A stretch of DNA of 64,000 bases. Source: the human T2T-CHM13v2.0 reference genome, Homo sapiens. The notes below the pieces were generated by a model that saw only the letters and a program-made list of their open reading frames with translations, was not told where the DNA came from and ran no database searches. The stretch lies in the NCBI RefSeq assembly GCF_009914755.1, contig NC_060941.1; one strand, given 5' to 3'. This document shows, in pieces, positions 21,025 to 38,199 of the stretch. Both the position numbers and the translations under genes were made by a program. Every line of letters starts with the position of its first letter. The first letter of the stretch is position 1.

Positions 21025-21570
21025 TTATCTTCAGTATGTTTATCAGTTACAGCACTTAGTGTCTCCCAAATCTACATCTTCTGCCCATGCTACCCCCTAG
21101 CTGAGCCCCAGACTTGCATATTCAACAACCAACTTGGTATTTCTGTTTGGTTACCAGCTATAAAAACTAATTCTAGCTATCTAAGAAAAAGGAAATTTAT
21201 TGGAAAGCCGTGAGGGCCTCAAAGAGTAATAGGAATGGGAGAGGTTAAGGAGGCCGAAGAAGACAGAAAGTGACCTGGCGCTTCCAGAATGTCTTGGTAA
21301 TAGGAGCTGATCACCCACTGCTCAACCGTATGGTTTCTTCCATCTCTGTGTCACTCCAAACAAGATTCAAAGTCCTGGAGGGAGTTTGGCTGGCCAAGCT
21401 TGGGTTACATGGCAACTCTTTGACTGAATCAGTGTAGCCAGACTGGCAAAGATAATGTTTACTGAGACCCATTGTTGAGGCAGATGTGTGTAAATAGGTG
21501 CTCCCATGCACCACTGTTGCAAGTAAATTGCTCCTGCTTCTTCTGGGAGTCAATTAGGTAACATACCAAA

Positions 21571-21664
21571 TCTTTTTCTTTTCCTTTCTTCCTTCCTTCC
21601 TTCCTTCCTTCCTTCCTTCCTTCCTTCCTTCCTTTCTTCCTTTCCTTCTTTCTTTCTTTCTTTC
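21571..21664. repeat. (TTCC)n/(TTTC)n polypyrimidine microsatellite
   Basis: Read directly. Confidence 0.95.
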
Positions 21665-21749
21665 ATACGCTTTAACCAAGAAACACATTTAAGACTTTTT
21701 CTAAGGAAAATAATTGATTGAGTGAGCAAAAATAAAGATAGTTGGTTAT

Positions 21750-21980
21750 TTTATTATTGTTTACAATAGCAAAATTGGAGATGTCCTAATTGCCAACAAT
21801 AGGAAATTTGTTAAATGAATGATGATATAACCATATGTTGAAGTGCTTTATAGCCATTAGAAATTATGTTGTAGACTCACATTTGTTTACATGGAAACAT
21901 GTCCATTTTATATTGTTAAATGAAAAAGGCAGGCTATAAACAGTATTTGACCCTAGTTTTAAAAAATTAATATACATATG
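21750..21980 (+). mobile_element. Old L1M (L1ME-like) fragment
   Basis: TTGTTTACAATAGCAAAATTGG...ATATTGTTAAATGAAAAAGGCAG. Confidence 0.6.
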
Positions 21981-21983
21981 TAA

Positions 21984-22236
21984 TTTTTTTTTTTTTGAGA
22001 TGGAGTCTCACTCTGTTGCCCAGGCTGGAGTGCAGCGGTGGCACGATCTCAGCTCACTGCAACTTCCGCCTCCCTCCAGGTTCAAGCAATTCTCCTGCGT
22101 AATTTTTATATCTTTTTAGTAAAGACGGGTTTCACCTTGTTGGCCAGGCTCGTCTTGAACTACTGACCTCAAGTGATCTGCCCACCTCAGCCTCCCGAAG
22201 TGCTGGGATTACAGGTGTGAGCCACCGCGCCCAGCC
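21984..22236 (-). mobile_element. AluS-type with internal deletion
   Basis: CCTGCG joined directly to TAATTTTT. Confidence 0.88.
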
Positions 22237-22244
22237 TGTAATTC

Positions 22245-22546
22245 TTTTCCTTAAGAGACAGAGTCTCTCACTCTGCCACCCAGGATGGAGTGCAGTGGTG
22301 CAATCATGGCTCACTGCAGCCTCAAACTCTTGGGTTCAATCAATCCTCCAGCTTCAGTCTTCTAAGTAGCTAGGACTACAGGCACCTGCCACCACAACTG
22401 CCTAATTTTTTTTCTTTTGGTAGAGACGAGGTCTTGCTATGTTGTCCAGGCTGGTCTTGAACTTCTTGAACTTCTGGGCTCAAGCGATCCTTCTGCCTTG
22501 ACCTCCCAAAGCATTGGGATGACAGACAAGAGCCACCACACTCAGC
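22245..22546 (-). mobile_element. AluJ-type
   Basis: Reverse dimer. Confidence 0.88.
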
Positions 22547-22562
22547 ATATATATTGTATGCA

Positions 22563-22865
22563 TTTTTTTTTTTTGGGAGGAGGGGAGGACAGGGTCTCGC
22601 TTTGTCACCCAGGCTGGAGTGCAGCAGTGCGATCTTGGCTCACTATAGCCTCAACTTCCTGGACTCAAGCAATCCTCTCCCTCAAATCCCCAAGTACCTG
22701 GGACCAAAGCATGCATAATTACACCAGGCTAATTTTTGTATCTTTTGTAGAGACAGGGTTTCGCCATGCTGCCAGGCTGGGCTCAAACTCCTGGACTAAA
22801 GCAATCTGCCTGCCCTGGCCTCCCAAAGTGCTGAGATTACAAGTGTGAGCCACAGTGCCTGACCT
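22563..22865 (-). mobile_element. AluJ-type
   Basis: Reverse dimer. Confidence 0.88.
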
Positions 22866-22942
22866 ATATATGTATTTTTAAAGTTCAAAAGAACTGAAAT
22901 CTTTGGCAAGCAAGTGCGTTTTCACTTCTAAAATCAGAAAAA

Positions 22943-23220
22943 GCCAGGCAAGATGGTTTATACCTGTCATCCCAGCACTTCTGGAAGCTGAGGAGGGAGA
23001 ATTGCTGGAGGCCAGGATTTCAAGACCAGCCTGGACAACATAGCGAAACCCCATCTCTACAAAAAATCAGCCAGGCATGGTGGCATATGCCTGCAGTACA
23101 AGGCAGAAGGATCGCTTGAGCCCAGGAGTTCAAGGCTTCAATGAGCTATGATCATGCCACTGCACTCCAGCCCTGGCAACAGAGCAAGACCGTGCTCTCT
23201 AAAACATAAATAAATAAGTA
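22943..23220 (+). mobile_element. AluJ-type
   Basis: Dimer with small deletion; TSD AAAATCAGAAAA. Confidence 0.88.
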
Positions 23221-23387
23221 AATTAATAAATGAACAATAAAATAAAATCAGAAAATCAAAAACTATTTAGAGTGTTAACAAAGTAGACTCGATATTACTT
23301 AAATGTGCTTGAAATTCTTTTAATATAGATTATTTTCATAAAATGGTATATATCACATTTTTTTAAACTCTTCTATAGACCTGGTGA

Positions 23388-23748
<361 letters not shown>

Positions 23749-23779
23749 CAATGGTACCCAGAATAACAGCCTTCGTGAT

Positions 23780-24005
23780 AGTAATAGTTAACATTTATGG
23801 ACTGCCAGGCACTGTTTTAGAAGCTTTCTATGCATTTCTCATCCAGTGCTCACCACAACCTTATTAGGTTGATACCGCATAATTATTTGCCCTATTTCAC
23901 AAATGAGGAAACTAAGGCCACCTATCAAGTCACTGGAAAGTCCAGGACTCCCCACAAACTAGAGTTAAGTCCAGAGCCTATGCTTTTAATCTCTGTGCTA
24001 GATTT
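23780..24005 (-). mobile_element. MIR fragment
   Basis: CTATTTCACAAATGAGGAAACTAAGGC. Confidence 0.7.
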
Positions 24006-24621
24006 CCTCCATAATTAGGAAATTAAGTTTGAGTGAGTTCATTTATTTATACCATTGCCTTGTTCCAGAAAGGATTTCAGGCAACTGGTTAAGTAAATTG
24101 TCCAAGATCACCCAGACAATAAGTGGCAGTGCCAAGAATCAAAACTCTTTCTTGAAGGAACTGTATAAACTAAGTGAGCTAACACAGATGTAGACTCACA
24201 TCTTGTATTTCCTCCTAAACATGAGAAGGGGAAATGAAGGGTCTTTCTTTGGCCAGTTTTCATGTTCATTCTAGCTGGATGTGTTTTCAGCCTTAGAGCG
24301 CCTTTATCATTTGAAAAGGGACAGAGTAGGACAAGAGGAATTCATGAATCGCAGGACTGGGCAGCAAGCACATGGCTGCCCATGGTAGGCAGAGGAAAGG
24401 AAAGGCCTGAGGCGATCCTAAGATGTGTGCTTGGGACGTGACAGACAACCTGGAAACACTGCTTAGTAATAAGCCGCCTTCAGGAGGAAAGGTAAGAAAG
24501 AGCAAAGAAGGGTAAAATGAAGAGACCGAGGAAGAGCTAGGGAGCTATATAGTATGAGAGGTGGAGGGAAGGTAATGGGGGACATGTATAGCTGTCCGGG
24601 AGTGAGAATAAAAATAACAAT

Positions 24622-24889
24622 TGGCCAAGGTGGGAGGATCACTTGAGGTCAGGAGTTCAAGACCAGCCTGGGCAACATAGTGAGACGCCCCCGCAACGTC
24701 TCTACAAAAAACATAAAAATGAGCAGAGTATGGTGGTGCATGCTTATTGTCCCAGTTACTTGAGAGGCTGAGGTGGAAGGATCACTTGAGCCCAGGAGGT
24801 CAAGGCTGCAGCCAGCCTTGATCACGCCACTGGACTCCAGCCTGGGCGACAGAGCAAGACCCTGTCACTAAAAAAATAATAATAAAAAT
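24622..24889 (+). mobile_element. 5'-truncated AluJ-type
   Basis: Starts at GGCCAAGGTGGGAGG. Confidence 0.88.
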
Positions 24890-24890
24890 A

Positions 24891-25172
<282 letters not shown>

Positions 25173-25387
25173 TCAAAGAAGGAAAGTGTAAAAGGTAAAC
25201 ACTAACAGAATATTCTTTTTTTTAAAAAAGTACATATTCTAAAGATATTCTAAAGTATCTCAAATCAAGGACAGCCCCTTCAAGTCTGAGTGAGTAACAT
25301 TTTTGCTATTCCCTCTCAGTCCCCTCTTTGTTTGGGGTCCATAGCATCCTTCTTCTCGAGACAAGTACTGAGTCAATTTTCTTTTAC

Positions 25388-25444
25388 CTCTAAGAACTCA
25401 GTCCAAATAGGTTTGTGTAAAGAACTGTCTTTTCTTGGCAATAA
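25388..25444 (-). other. Candidate internal exon (57 nt)
   Basis: TTATTTTTCAAG|TTATTG...TTAGAG|GTAAAA. Confidence 0.4.
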
Positions 25445-25752
25445 CTTGAAAAATAAATAAGATGAAATATACACTCGTTCTTTTTTGTATGGCTGAAAAA
25501 CGGAACATCCATTTGCTTTCAGTTTGAATTGTTACAAAAACATTGCAGAACTTGTCCTAATTTTTTTTTTTTTTTTTTAAATGAAGGAGCCTGTCTCAAT
25601 TTAGTATCCTTAACCAAACATGATTTAGTCCCAGGGCAAGAACTGGCTATAAAGAAAATACAGCTATTTTAGTAACAGCTCTTTAGTCCTGGCTGTTCAT
25701 GGAAAGCTAACTATGAAGGCATTTGAAACTTCTCATTAAGAACCATGATGTT

Positions 25753-26082
<330 letters not shown>

Positions 26083-26138
26083 TTAAATTGGACTTGGTCA
26101 CTCTGGATAATGTAAAACAGAAGTCACTTACTGAGACG

Positions 26139-26194
26139 TAGGGACAGGAAGAGGAAATGGTTGATCTAGGGACAGGAAGAGGAAATGGCTGACC
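26139..26194. repeat. 28-bp tandem duplication (26/28 identical)
   Basis: TAGGGACAGGAAGAGGAAATGG(T/C)TGA(T/C)C x2. Confidence 0.9.
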
Positions 26195-26498
26195 TGTAAC
26201 TAGAGTTCTCCAAAGGTGACAGGTAGACTTATTAACCTCCCGGGACCTATATTTATGTAGCAACTTGAGCTGACCAGCACGTGTGCTGGGTAATGTTTAA
26301 ATCATTAGAGTGCATGTATACGAACTTAACATTACAGGAATTTATTTCCTCTCCCATTACTGCTTTCTGGATATTTCTTTTTTTTTTTTTTTTTTTTTTT
26401 GCCTAAACTATGCAAACAACATTCAAAAAAAGGCAGCTCAATACAGGTTGGTTGGATAGAATTCTGTGGAATATTGATCATTAGGACTTCTCCTTTAC

Positions 26499-26564
26499 CA
26501 TGAGAAGTATACAAAGAGTTCTCTATTGTAAGTAACTGAATCTTGGGCAAAGAAATGTCCACAT
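26499..26564 (-). other. Candidate internal exon (66 nt)
   Basis: CAAATAG|ATGTGG...CTCATG|GTAAAG; weak pyrimidine tract. Confidence 0.35.
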
Positions 26565-26795
26565 CTATTTGAATTTAGTTTGGAGTTATTCCTTCTCTCT
26601 ACAAACAGGGTATAATGTATATATTTATTTAAAAATATATGTATTATATTTTTAAATGTAAGTGATTTAATCTTGTTTTAAGGATTTAAAAAATCCTCTG
26701 AGATAATTAAAGGAGTTGCAAATTCCACAAAGTTAGACAGCAAAACCATGATGTTCTAGAAATGTACAGAAATACGTACATAGTAGAAAATGTAA

Positions 26796-27151
<356 letters not shown>

Positions 27152-27586
27152 CTAAACTAAATTTAATCCCTCATTGGCTACTTCATAAAACCTCAGGTCC
27201 AGTACAAACAGCCCTAACACAAATGCAACAGGGGCACAATGCAGTATTAGACTTAAACGCCCAGTAAAATGATTTGAGACCTAGCAGATCTGTGCCCTGA
27301 TACTATTTTTTAAATTATGACTGATAAGAAACTCTAAGAAACGCTGAAAGAAAAATGACTCATTCCACAAAGACATTTTTATGAGGGAAGTGGATTTAGA
27401 ATTTAATGGTGACGTTTAGTCATTATAAAGTAGACAATTTCATGAAGAATAATATGATATTTATAACAGCATCATTGTCAATTAAATTAGTAAAGAGTAA
27501 AAGTGAATCAAAGATCCTTGATGGGCAAAGTATGATGAAGTGGAAGCTCAGTAAAGGGACAGTTAGCTGTTAGGAGAGAAGAAATA

Positions 27587-27954
<368 letters not shown>

Positions 27955-28027
27955 TTAGATCTGGTACTTGTTTTTAGATTGTTAGGTCTGCATCATAACA
28001 GAATCAGACTTGGATTAGTTAAGTTAC

Positions 28028-28180
28028 ACATAAAGTTCTGATTCCTCATGGCCAAATCTTCTTGCACATTTCATTGTCTCCATTTTTTCTCTTTGGATTG
28101 CTCATCTAATGCACTAGTTTCTCTTCTGCAAGACTTCCTTAAGATTTTGTTTTGTTACAATTTTTGGTTGGTGGCCCATC
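28028..28180 (-). other. Candidate internal exon (153 nt)
   Basis: CTGTCTTTCAG|GATGGG...TTATGT|GTAACT. Confidence 0.4.
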
Positions 28181-28934
28181 CTGAAAGACAGTTGTTTACT
28201 ACATTCTAAAAAAGCCACAAACAAGGAGTGTCTCCATTGGTTACACATTCTAGTCTATTCAAATCATGGACCAACTTATTTTTCTGTTGTTTGTAGTCTG
28301 TAGCCTAATATACTCTGTACTACCTTCTGAGGACAATATGGGTTTTGTAAATGGCAGAAACATATGTAACTAATCAAACTCCATTGTATAATATATTGTG
28401 CCAAGAATGGATTGTTTCATACATGGTGTGTTGGTGAAGAAATAAAACCTTGAAAGTAAAGTGTTTTCTATTAGGCTACTTAATATAGAAATGGTTTATG
28501 CCCGAGGGCAAAAAATTCATTGATGCTTAGACATAATCTATTGACTTTTAATTAAAACCTTGCTTATTTTACAAGTGTAAATCCATGAGCTAAATCACAT
28601 TTTGAGTCTACGGATTTATGACTGGAATAAGTTTAATGCTGAATTAGCCCTTGTAAAATGTGCTTTCTTAGAATAATAGCATTAGCTCCAAAATACATGT
28701 TATTTGATTGCCTTATTGCACCCAAAATAAAGTTATTGCAATTTGTCAATACCATAAACCACATATCTTAATTAAAAATAGCACATATTATACATAAAGT
28801 ATGTTCAACAATTGTTCCTAAGATCCTAGCATCTGGAAATGCATTCACAGTATCATCTGTACAATGAACAAGTATTTCATTTTTCAGACCAAAAAGGTAA
28901 AACTTTAACCCTAATTTTTAAGTCTATGACTTAC

Positions 28935-29049
28935 AGAAACTGCAGTATATTGTTATAAGGCTTATTATCTTTGAAAATGTCTGCTTTGAATTTTTATTTA
29001 TTCCTTGGGTTTTGTAGCTTGATAAAACACAAATGGCAAATATATTTAT
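28935..29049 (-). other. Candidate internal exon (115 nt)
   Basis: TTTAAATTTTTAG|ATAAAT...GTTTCT|GTAAGT. Confidence 0.4.
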
Positions 29050-30811
29050 CTAAAAATTTAAAAATGTTTTTCTCCTGACTCTTCTAACTCCCTAGTTAGA
29101 ATTTTAGAAGATCAAACGGAAAGTAAGCAATAAGTACTAATTTATTATAGGATAAAAGAACATAATCCCTGACTCATTTGCTTCTAATTAAGACGTGCAT
29201 GAGACCATAAAAATAGAAATATGTTTATGTAACTCATTTAAAATCTAACCAATCCAGAGAAAACATCAACCTCCCCTAAGTGTATCAATACACAGTTTTG
29301 TAATATAACAGAAAAAAATGTGGCCAGAAAAATGAGATCCAATGGCAATTTCCTTTTCTTACAATAGTTTTTTCCTATCAAATACAGCTAAGAAGCCCTT
29401 GCATAAGAACTAAAACACAAGAAGTTATCATCTACAGATGGTGGTTTGCCCCTACGTATTATGGGAAAAATGATGAACACACTATGCAGAGACATTCATG
29501 TGTTCATTCACCCACAAAGACGTAGTCAGCAACCAGGTCATGCCAAGCACTGGGCTCAGTCCATCCAAGTGCCAAATGCCTAACAGAACAGGGTGAATTA
29601 TCAAGTCTGTCTGCAGTGAAATTACGTGTATCTGCAGATTATCTTTCATTTTCACTCCATCGTTTTATTGAAATTCCTATTTTTAGATATTTTCTCCCAT
29701 ACTAAAGGCTGAATATAACTTTTTAGAAAAAGACTAATTTTAGATCTTCCACCATGTAGGCTCAGTTTGAAGTGTTCTTTTTCACATTGCCCTAAGTGAA
29801 TTATCCTACGTTTTCAGTTCCGAGGCTGTCAGCCTGGATCTAAGCCCTGTTTAAGTCACTGTCGGTTGAAAGGGTTAGTAAGACATCTGTGAATGTTAAA
29901 AGCATGTGGGCCAGTGTATTGCTTTGATCAGGGGTTTTTGCCCAACTAAGAGGACTGAATTTTGACTGAATTCAAAATCATAGATCATTTGGTGGCAATT
30001 AATACACTACTCTTCTTTCTAGGATATTTGCCTATGTACCTGTCCATCAATGTTAATCTCTCTTTGGCTAAAAATTTAGATTTTTCATAGCTTTTTTATT
30101 TTTGTAGCAATTCCCTTCCCCTTGCAATAGTCTCTGTTTGTTAGTATTATTCATATTATACTTTCTAAATGTGTTTCTCTTTTTTTAACTTACAGTCAGA
30201 TCCATATTTTAGCTGCTTGATTGTAATTTTCTGACACCAGTGAAATAGGATTCTCCAGTATTAAACCAAGATGTCTCCAGGGTAATAGAGCAGAGAAGTG
30301 GTAGGATATGATAGATGAGGCTCTGAGCCACTTGAAGTATTATGTGGAAGGTGACCAGGAATATTCAAAAGCACTATAGAGTTTCAAGGAAGGGTACTCT
30401 TTGAATGAACATATATTGAAGAAATAAAATGCATGTAGAACAGAGCAAAGCATAATATCTTTTTAAAATATATTCATATTTGATTGTATATGCATAAATA
30501 AACACTGAAGAATAGACCAAAAATATTAGAGTTGTTACCCATGGAGGAAAGAGGGGCAAAGGAATGAATGGAAACTATTTGTGTATACCTTCCTATTTAG
30601 TTTTGATTTTTGAATCATGAAACACACAGTTAAACTAAAATAAAAATTACTTGGAAGATCAGGATCTTCAATCAGTAGACTGAGATCCATAGAGCTATCT
30701 CTAGACCTTTCCTGGTAGACCCTCATGCCAATTGCTCCCACCAGCTCCATGAATTCTCAACCCACTGAATCCTCCCCTCCTCAAGCACCGCATTTTCCTG
30801 CAAGCTCCACG

Positions 30812-31918
<1,107 letters not shown>

Positions 31919-32777
31919 TAAAAAAGCAGCTTTTCAAAAGAGATTTGAGACTCCTGATTTAAAATAAGAGTTTTTTTGGCCTGAAATAGGCTATCCAGAG
32001 AACACTGTACTTTTCAAAGCAGGTCAGAAAAATTGCTGTTCTAATCAAGAAAAAGCAGAAGTTCAAAAAAATTACTTATATTCCCAAAACTGAATTTTAG
32101 GAGCCAGGGAATGATGAGCAGTTTGATAGAACTGTTTTGTTGAGTTAGACCAGACAATAAATTATTTTTGTGTGTTTTTTTTTTTTTTTGGTATAACACC
32201 TCGGTATTATTTGGACCTTGAAACTTTCTTTTAATATATATTGTTTCTGATCGACGACCATAGGCAGTCTTTAAATACTCCACAAGGAATAGATGGAAAG
32301 GAGGCACCTTTCCAAGAGAAATCCTTAAACCAAAGTATTCCTTACCCGTTTCTGCCCTGTTATTCCATGGCTGGTCTCAATTAGCTTTCTGCCACTGTCA
32401 TACATTTGTGAAAATGGCAACAGTGGTAATGAACATACCCATGGGCCCATGGAAGATTTCCATTTTCTCTTCATTTCTGGCACCACAAGAACACTCCAGT
32501 CCAGCACACACAATCAGTTCAAGTGCATGCATAAAACTCTACTATATATAGTATGAGTGGATTCCAGGATGCAAACTATATATAGCTGAGCTAAATAACG
32601 AGTTCGCTCTCATGTTACTCAGCTGGCAATGTTTGAAACATGAAACAGTTCTTTCCAGTCACTCCTTGTTGAATGCTGGTTCTCACTGGTGCTCTTTTGT
32701 GCACCCTTGTTTTCAGCTGGCCTGTCTTCTTAAGTCCCTTTCCGGATTTTTGTCAAGTGAGAGCTGTTTCTGTCTAA

Positions 32778-33088
32778 CTTTTTTTTTTTTTTTTTTTTTG
32801 AGACAGAGTCTCACTCTGTCACCCAGGCTGGAGTGCAATGGTGTGATCTCAGCTCATTGAAACCTCGCCTCCCGGGTTCAAGCGATTCTCCTGCCTCAGC
32901 CTCCTGAGTAGCTGGGATTACAGGTGCATGCCACCACACCTGGCTATTTTTTTTTTTTTTTTTTTTTTTAGTAGAGATAGGGTTTCACCACATTGGCCAG
33001 GCTAGTCTTGAACTTCTGATCTCATCATCCTCCCACCTCGGCCTCCCAAAGTGCTGGGATTACAGGCGTGAGCCACCGCGCCCAGCCC
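32778..33088 (-). mobile_element. AluS-type with long T tracts
   Basis: TSD CTGTCTAACTTTT. Confidence 0.92.
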
Positions 33089-33589
33089 TGTCTAACTTTT
33101 ATGTACAGGGATGGCTCTGGCATTTCCTTCTTTATTTTTATTTTTATGTTTTTAACCGTATCCCTGGTGGTAGGTGAGGCTATGGTATTTTTAGCCGGAA
33201 AAGCTCAGGGCAGCAATCTGGGGGCAATCGGGGCAGCAAAATGGGGGAAGCTTGAGGCAATTCCCTGGAATCTTTTTAGATCTGGAGGATGCTGATGGAG
33301 ATTACAGAGGAGGAAGGGCTAAAAGACCCACCGTAGGCTATCTTTTGGTGCTGTCACTACCCACACATCTTTTTTCTTTTATCTTGTAGAAACTGCTTGT
33401 TCTGGCAGGCTCTCACCCAGCCAATTAAGCCACGCTCACCCAATAGAAAATCTCAAAATTTTCTCTGAACTTCCCATTTCCATCAGAAGGGCATTAAAGT
33501 GTCCCACAGACATTTATTTGGTCATGGGGATGCCAACATGAACAAGATGGTCCTTGTCCTCAAGTTGTTCACAGTCTAAAGTGAAGTAG

Positions 33590-33892
<303 letters not shown>

Positions 33893-34064
33893 GTAGAGTA
33901 GGGGTAAAGGGACATACACAGACAGACAAGCTATATGCATGAGCTGTATTTGCAATGAGTGGTGTGTTGTAAAAATCACAGTGTGTGTGTTCTGTTTACC
34001 TCGTCTGTGCTCCCTATTTGTATCTCCTCTCTCTCATCTATAGCAGCTCGTATTTTATTCTTTC

Positions 34065-34610
34065 CCACATTCCATTCATTACACAAATACTTGTTGAGTC
34101 TTGAGTCTGTGCTAAGTGCTGAGGCTACAGTGGCATTGGACTTGTATTCCAATGGAGAGAATCAGATAATAAGCAAGTATACAAATAAGATATTATTTAG
34201 TGAAAGAGAAAACAGACGAAGGGATAGAAAGTGACCATTAGGGGAGGTAAAGTGGGGAAAGGTTGCAACAACGGGCACAGCAATCTCTCTGAGGAGGTGA
34301 CATTTGAACTAAGATCTGATGGGCAGGTAAGAGGTAACCAAGCATGGGAATATCTGGGGAAGAGCAGGGCTGGCAGGTGAAACTGGAAGGGGCAGACTGA
34401 GCAGGAAGTCTGTGGTATTGCAGGAATGGAAAGAAGGTCCAGGTGACTAGAGCTTAGTGTCACAGGGGAGAGGGACAGCAGCTGAGATCACAGAGGTCAT
34501 CAGAGGCCAATCAGGAGGGCTGGAAGTCCTTGATAAGGTGTCTGAATTTTATTATCAGTGCAATTTGGAGAGGGGAATGTACTTTTCCTATGATCAGATA
34601 TGCGTGTTTT
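34065..34610 (-). mobile_element. L2 fragment
   Basis: CATTCATT..AAATACTTGTTGAG; CTCTCTGAGGAGGTGACATTTGAAC. Confidence 0.7.
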
Positions 34611-34963
34611 TTATTCAGGGTATCCTTTTTAGCATATAAAGAAACAGAATTAGTGATGAAAATATTGATTGCTTGGTGAGTACAGAATTAGAGCAAAGAC
34701 AGATGAAAGGTCTTGAGGGATATTTTAATAGGCTCTCCAAGGGTCCACAGCACTGGGGATTTTCCTTTTCAAATATCTGGATATTTGTGTGCATCAGATA
34801 TACTAAACTCTCTTGAACAAAGTTTAACTCCTCAAGTCTCCTTGTTTTTAGGGTAGGCAGGAATCCATGCCCTTTTGTCTGTATTCTTTATCACACCATC
34901 ACCTTTCCTTACTTCCACAGCCTTTGTTACATTCCCAGTTACAGATGATATTTAATCACCTCA

Positions 34964-35406
<443 letters not shown>

Positions 35407-35677
35407 CTACGTCCCACTTCCCACCGACTTGGGCTTTTGGCTTGGGGGCTAGCCTTCTTTTCACTTCTTGTCACTCTGTAATCACTGACCACAATATGCA
35501 TATGGTTCTGATGTAAACTAAAATCTTTATCCAAAGGCTCTATCCACCTGGCAACTTTTGAACCCATATGAAATAAGCAGGGTAGTGACTCTTCTTTTGA
35601 GACCTCATTTGCTCATTTATTCAAGTACATGGAGCCCCAGGCAGTCCACTCAGTGCAAGGGATAAAACAGATGCATG

Positions 35678-36013
<336 letters not shown>

Positions 36014-36122
36014 AGATGCATGATGTACTCCTGGCCCCCTAGTCTGACAAAGCTTTTATGTGTATCTCTGGTTCTTAAAAAGAACAAATTGTCCACTTAC
36101 AAACTGTATACTTACAACTAAC

Positions 36123-36260
36123 CTGGATGTACAGGGCGTGTGCTCCATGCAGCTTGCAAATATCTGTCTTGAATTATTTTCTGCAGACTAACAGCCACCA
36201 TAGCTTCTGGTTGCTCCTCTCTCCTCCTTGTCCTCCTTCCCACCTCTAGAGCGCTTGCTG
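36123..36260 (-). other. Candidate first exon of the minus-strand locus
   Basis: Directly downstream of the X-box; ATG in good Kozak context (GCTATGG, 36201); donor CAG|GTTAGT plus two GTAAGT within 30 nt; 5' end unknown. Confidence 0.45.
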
Positions 36261-36262
36261 CT

Positions 36263-36276
36263 GTTGCCATGACAAC
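36263..36276. promoter_or_regulatory. RFX X-box (GTTGCCATGACAAC)
   Basis: 13/14 match to the palindromic RFX consensus GTTGCCATGGCAAC, in unique DNA. Confidence 0.7.
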
Positions 36277-36689
36277 CAGAAGGAAAAGCTTTGGAACTTT
36301 ATCTCTTACTATGGGCCCATGTCTCCCCATGAGGACAATATTGTCTGTCACTCCAACTGGACTCTGGGGCTTTCTCTTTAAATATACCGTTAAGTCATGT
36401 TAAAATTGGAACTCTAAGGGCAAGATTATGAGGGTATTAAGTCAGGGACCTAGGAATTCTCAAATCTTGTTTTTGACTAGCAATCCTTTTCTTCAAAGAA
36501 AATATGTGCACTTATGACAAAGCAGGGTATAGGGATGCTTTTTACTAAGTGGGGCTTCACATCTAAGCCCCATATAGAGTTTTAACAGGTCCATACAGGC
36601 CTGGTGGAGGTCTCTTTTGGCATAAGCTGGGTTGACCCGAGATGCCTACTTGACCACTAAGAGATTAGAAAAAAGATCCTCCAGCTCAA

Positions 36690-37690
36690 ACTTGTCATCT
36701 GGGCTCCAGGTTCAGGCAGCGATCTACCGGCTTGATATTTCCCCTGGATGTCTCGTGGACATCTTCATCTTAAAAATCTTTCCATCCTTATTCTTCCCCT
36801 AGTCTTCCACCTCTCCATAAACAGCTTCACCCTGCAGACCGAGGCCCAAGCCAGCAACCTGGGAGGCTTCCTTGACTCTTCCCTTCCCCTTGCCTCCCCG
36901 CATGCCCAATCCTTACCAAGTCCTGTGGCTCTATCTCCAAAATAAAACTCGCAGACGTCTGCTTTTCTCCATCACCACTCCTATCACTTCAGACTAAAAC
37001 GTAGTCATCTTCCGTCTGGATTATTTTAATCGCCCTCGGACTGTTCTCCCTGATTCTACTTGTTTCTCCCCAAGTCCTTCTTCATAGAGCAGCAAGTGCG
37101 ATCTTTTAGAAAGATAAACCAGATTGCATGACTCGGCTCTTTAAAACTCTTCTTGGCTTCCCACTACACTTGGAATAAAAACCGTCATCTTCACCCTGGC
37201 CTACAGGGCCTGCCCTACATTCTCTGAGCTCCTGTCCAGCCTCGTCTCTCCCACTCTCCACCTGGCCCTTCCTCCAGTCGCATTTGTCTTCCTTCCACTC
37301 TCCATGTGGCTTGCAAATATGTCTTTAATTTCCTCCAAAGTCAAACAGTTGCCATACATCCTGGTTTTCCCACAAAGCTCTTTTCCCACCTCCAAGCCTT
37401 TACACTTTCAGCTCCTTCTGCCTGGAACACATGTTCCCTGCCCTTTGCCTGATCTTTGCACGGTGGCTGTTTCCTTTTCAACCTTGAGGTCTCAGTTAAC
37501 TGTCACCTCCTCAGAGAGGCCTTCCCTGACCACCCTATCCAAAACTGCTCTCCCCCATGAGTGACTCTATCAGTGCACCCTGTTTATTTCCTACGTAAGA
37601 TTTTCCAAAACATGTACCTATTTTGGTTATTCATGTGTGTGTTTATTGTTGAGGGCAGGAACTAGACCTACTTTATTCATTATGAATGGC
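36690..37690 (+). mobile_element. L2 (L2a/b-like) fragment
   Basis: CCTGGATGTCTC...CTTGACTCTTCCC...CTCAGTTAACTGTCACCTCCTCAGAGAGGCCTTCCCTGACCACCC. Confidence 0.8.
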
Positions 37691-37721
37691 TTATAAGAGG
37701 AACATGATTAATACCTGTTAG

Positions 37722-38192
<471 letters not shown>

Positions 38193-38199
38193 TGAAGAA

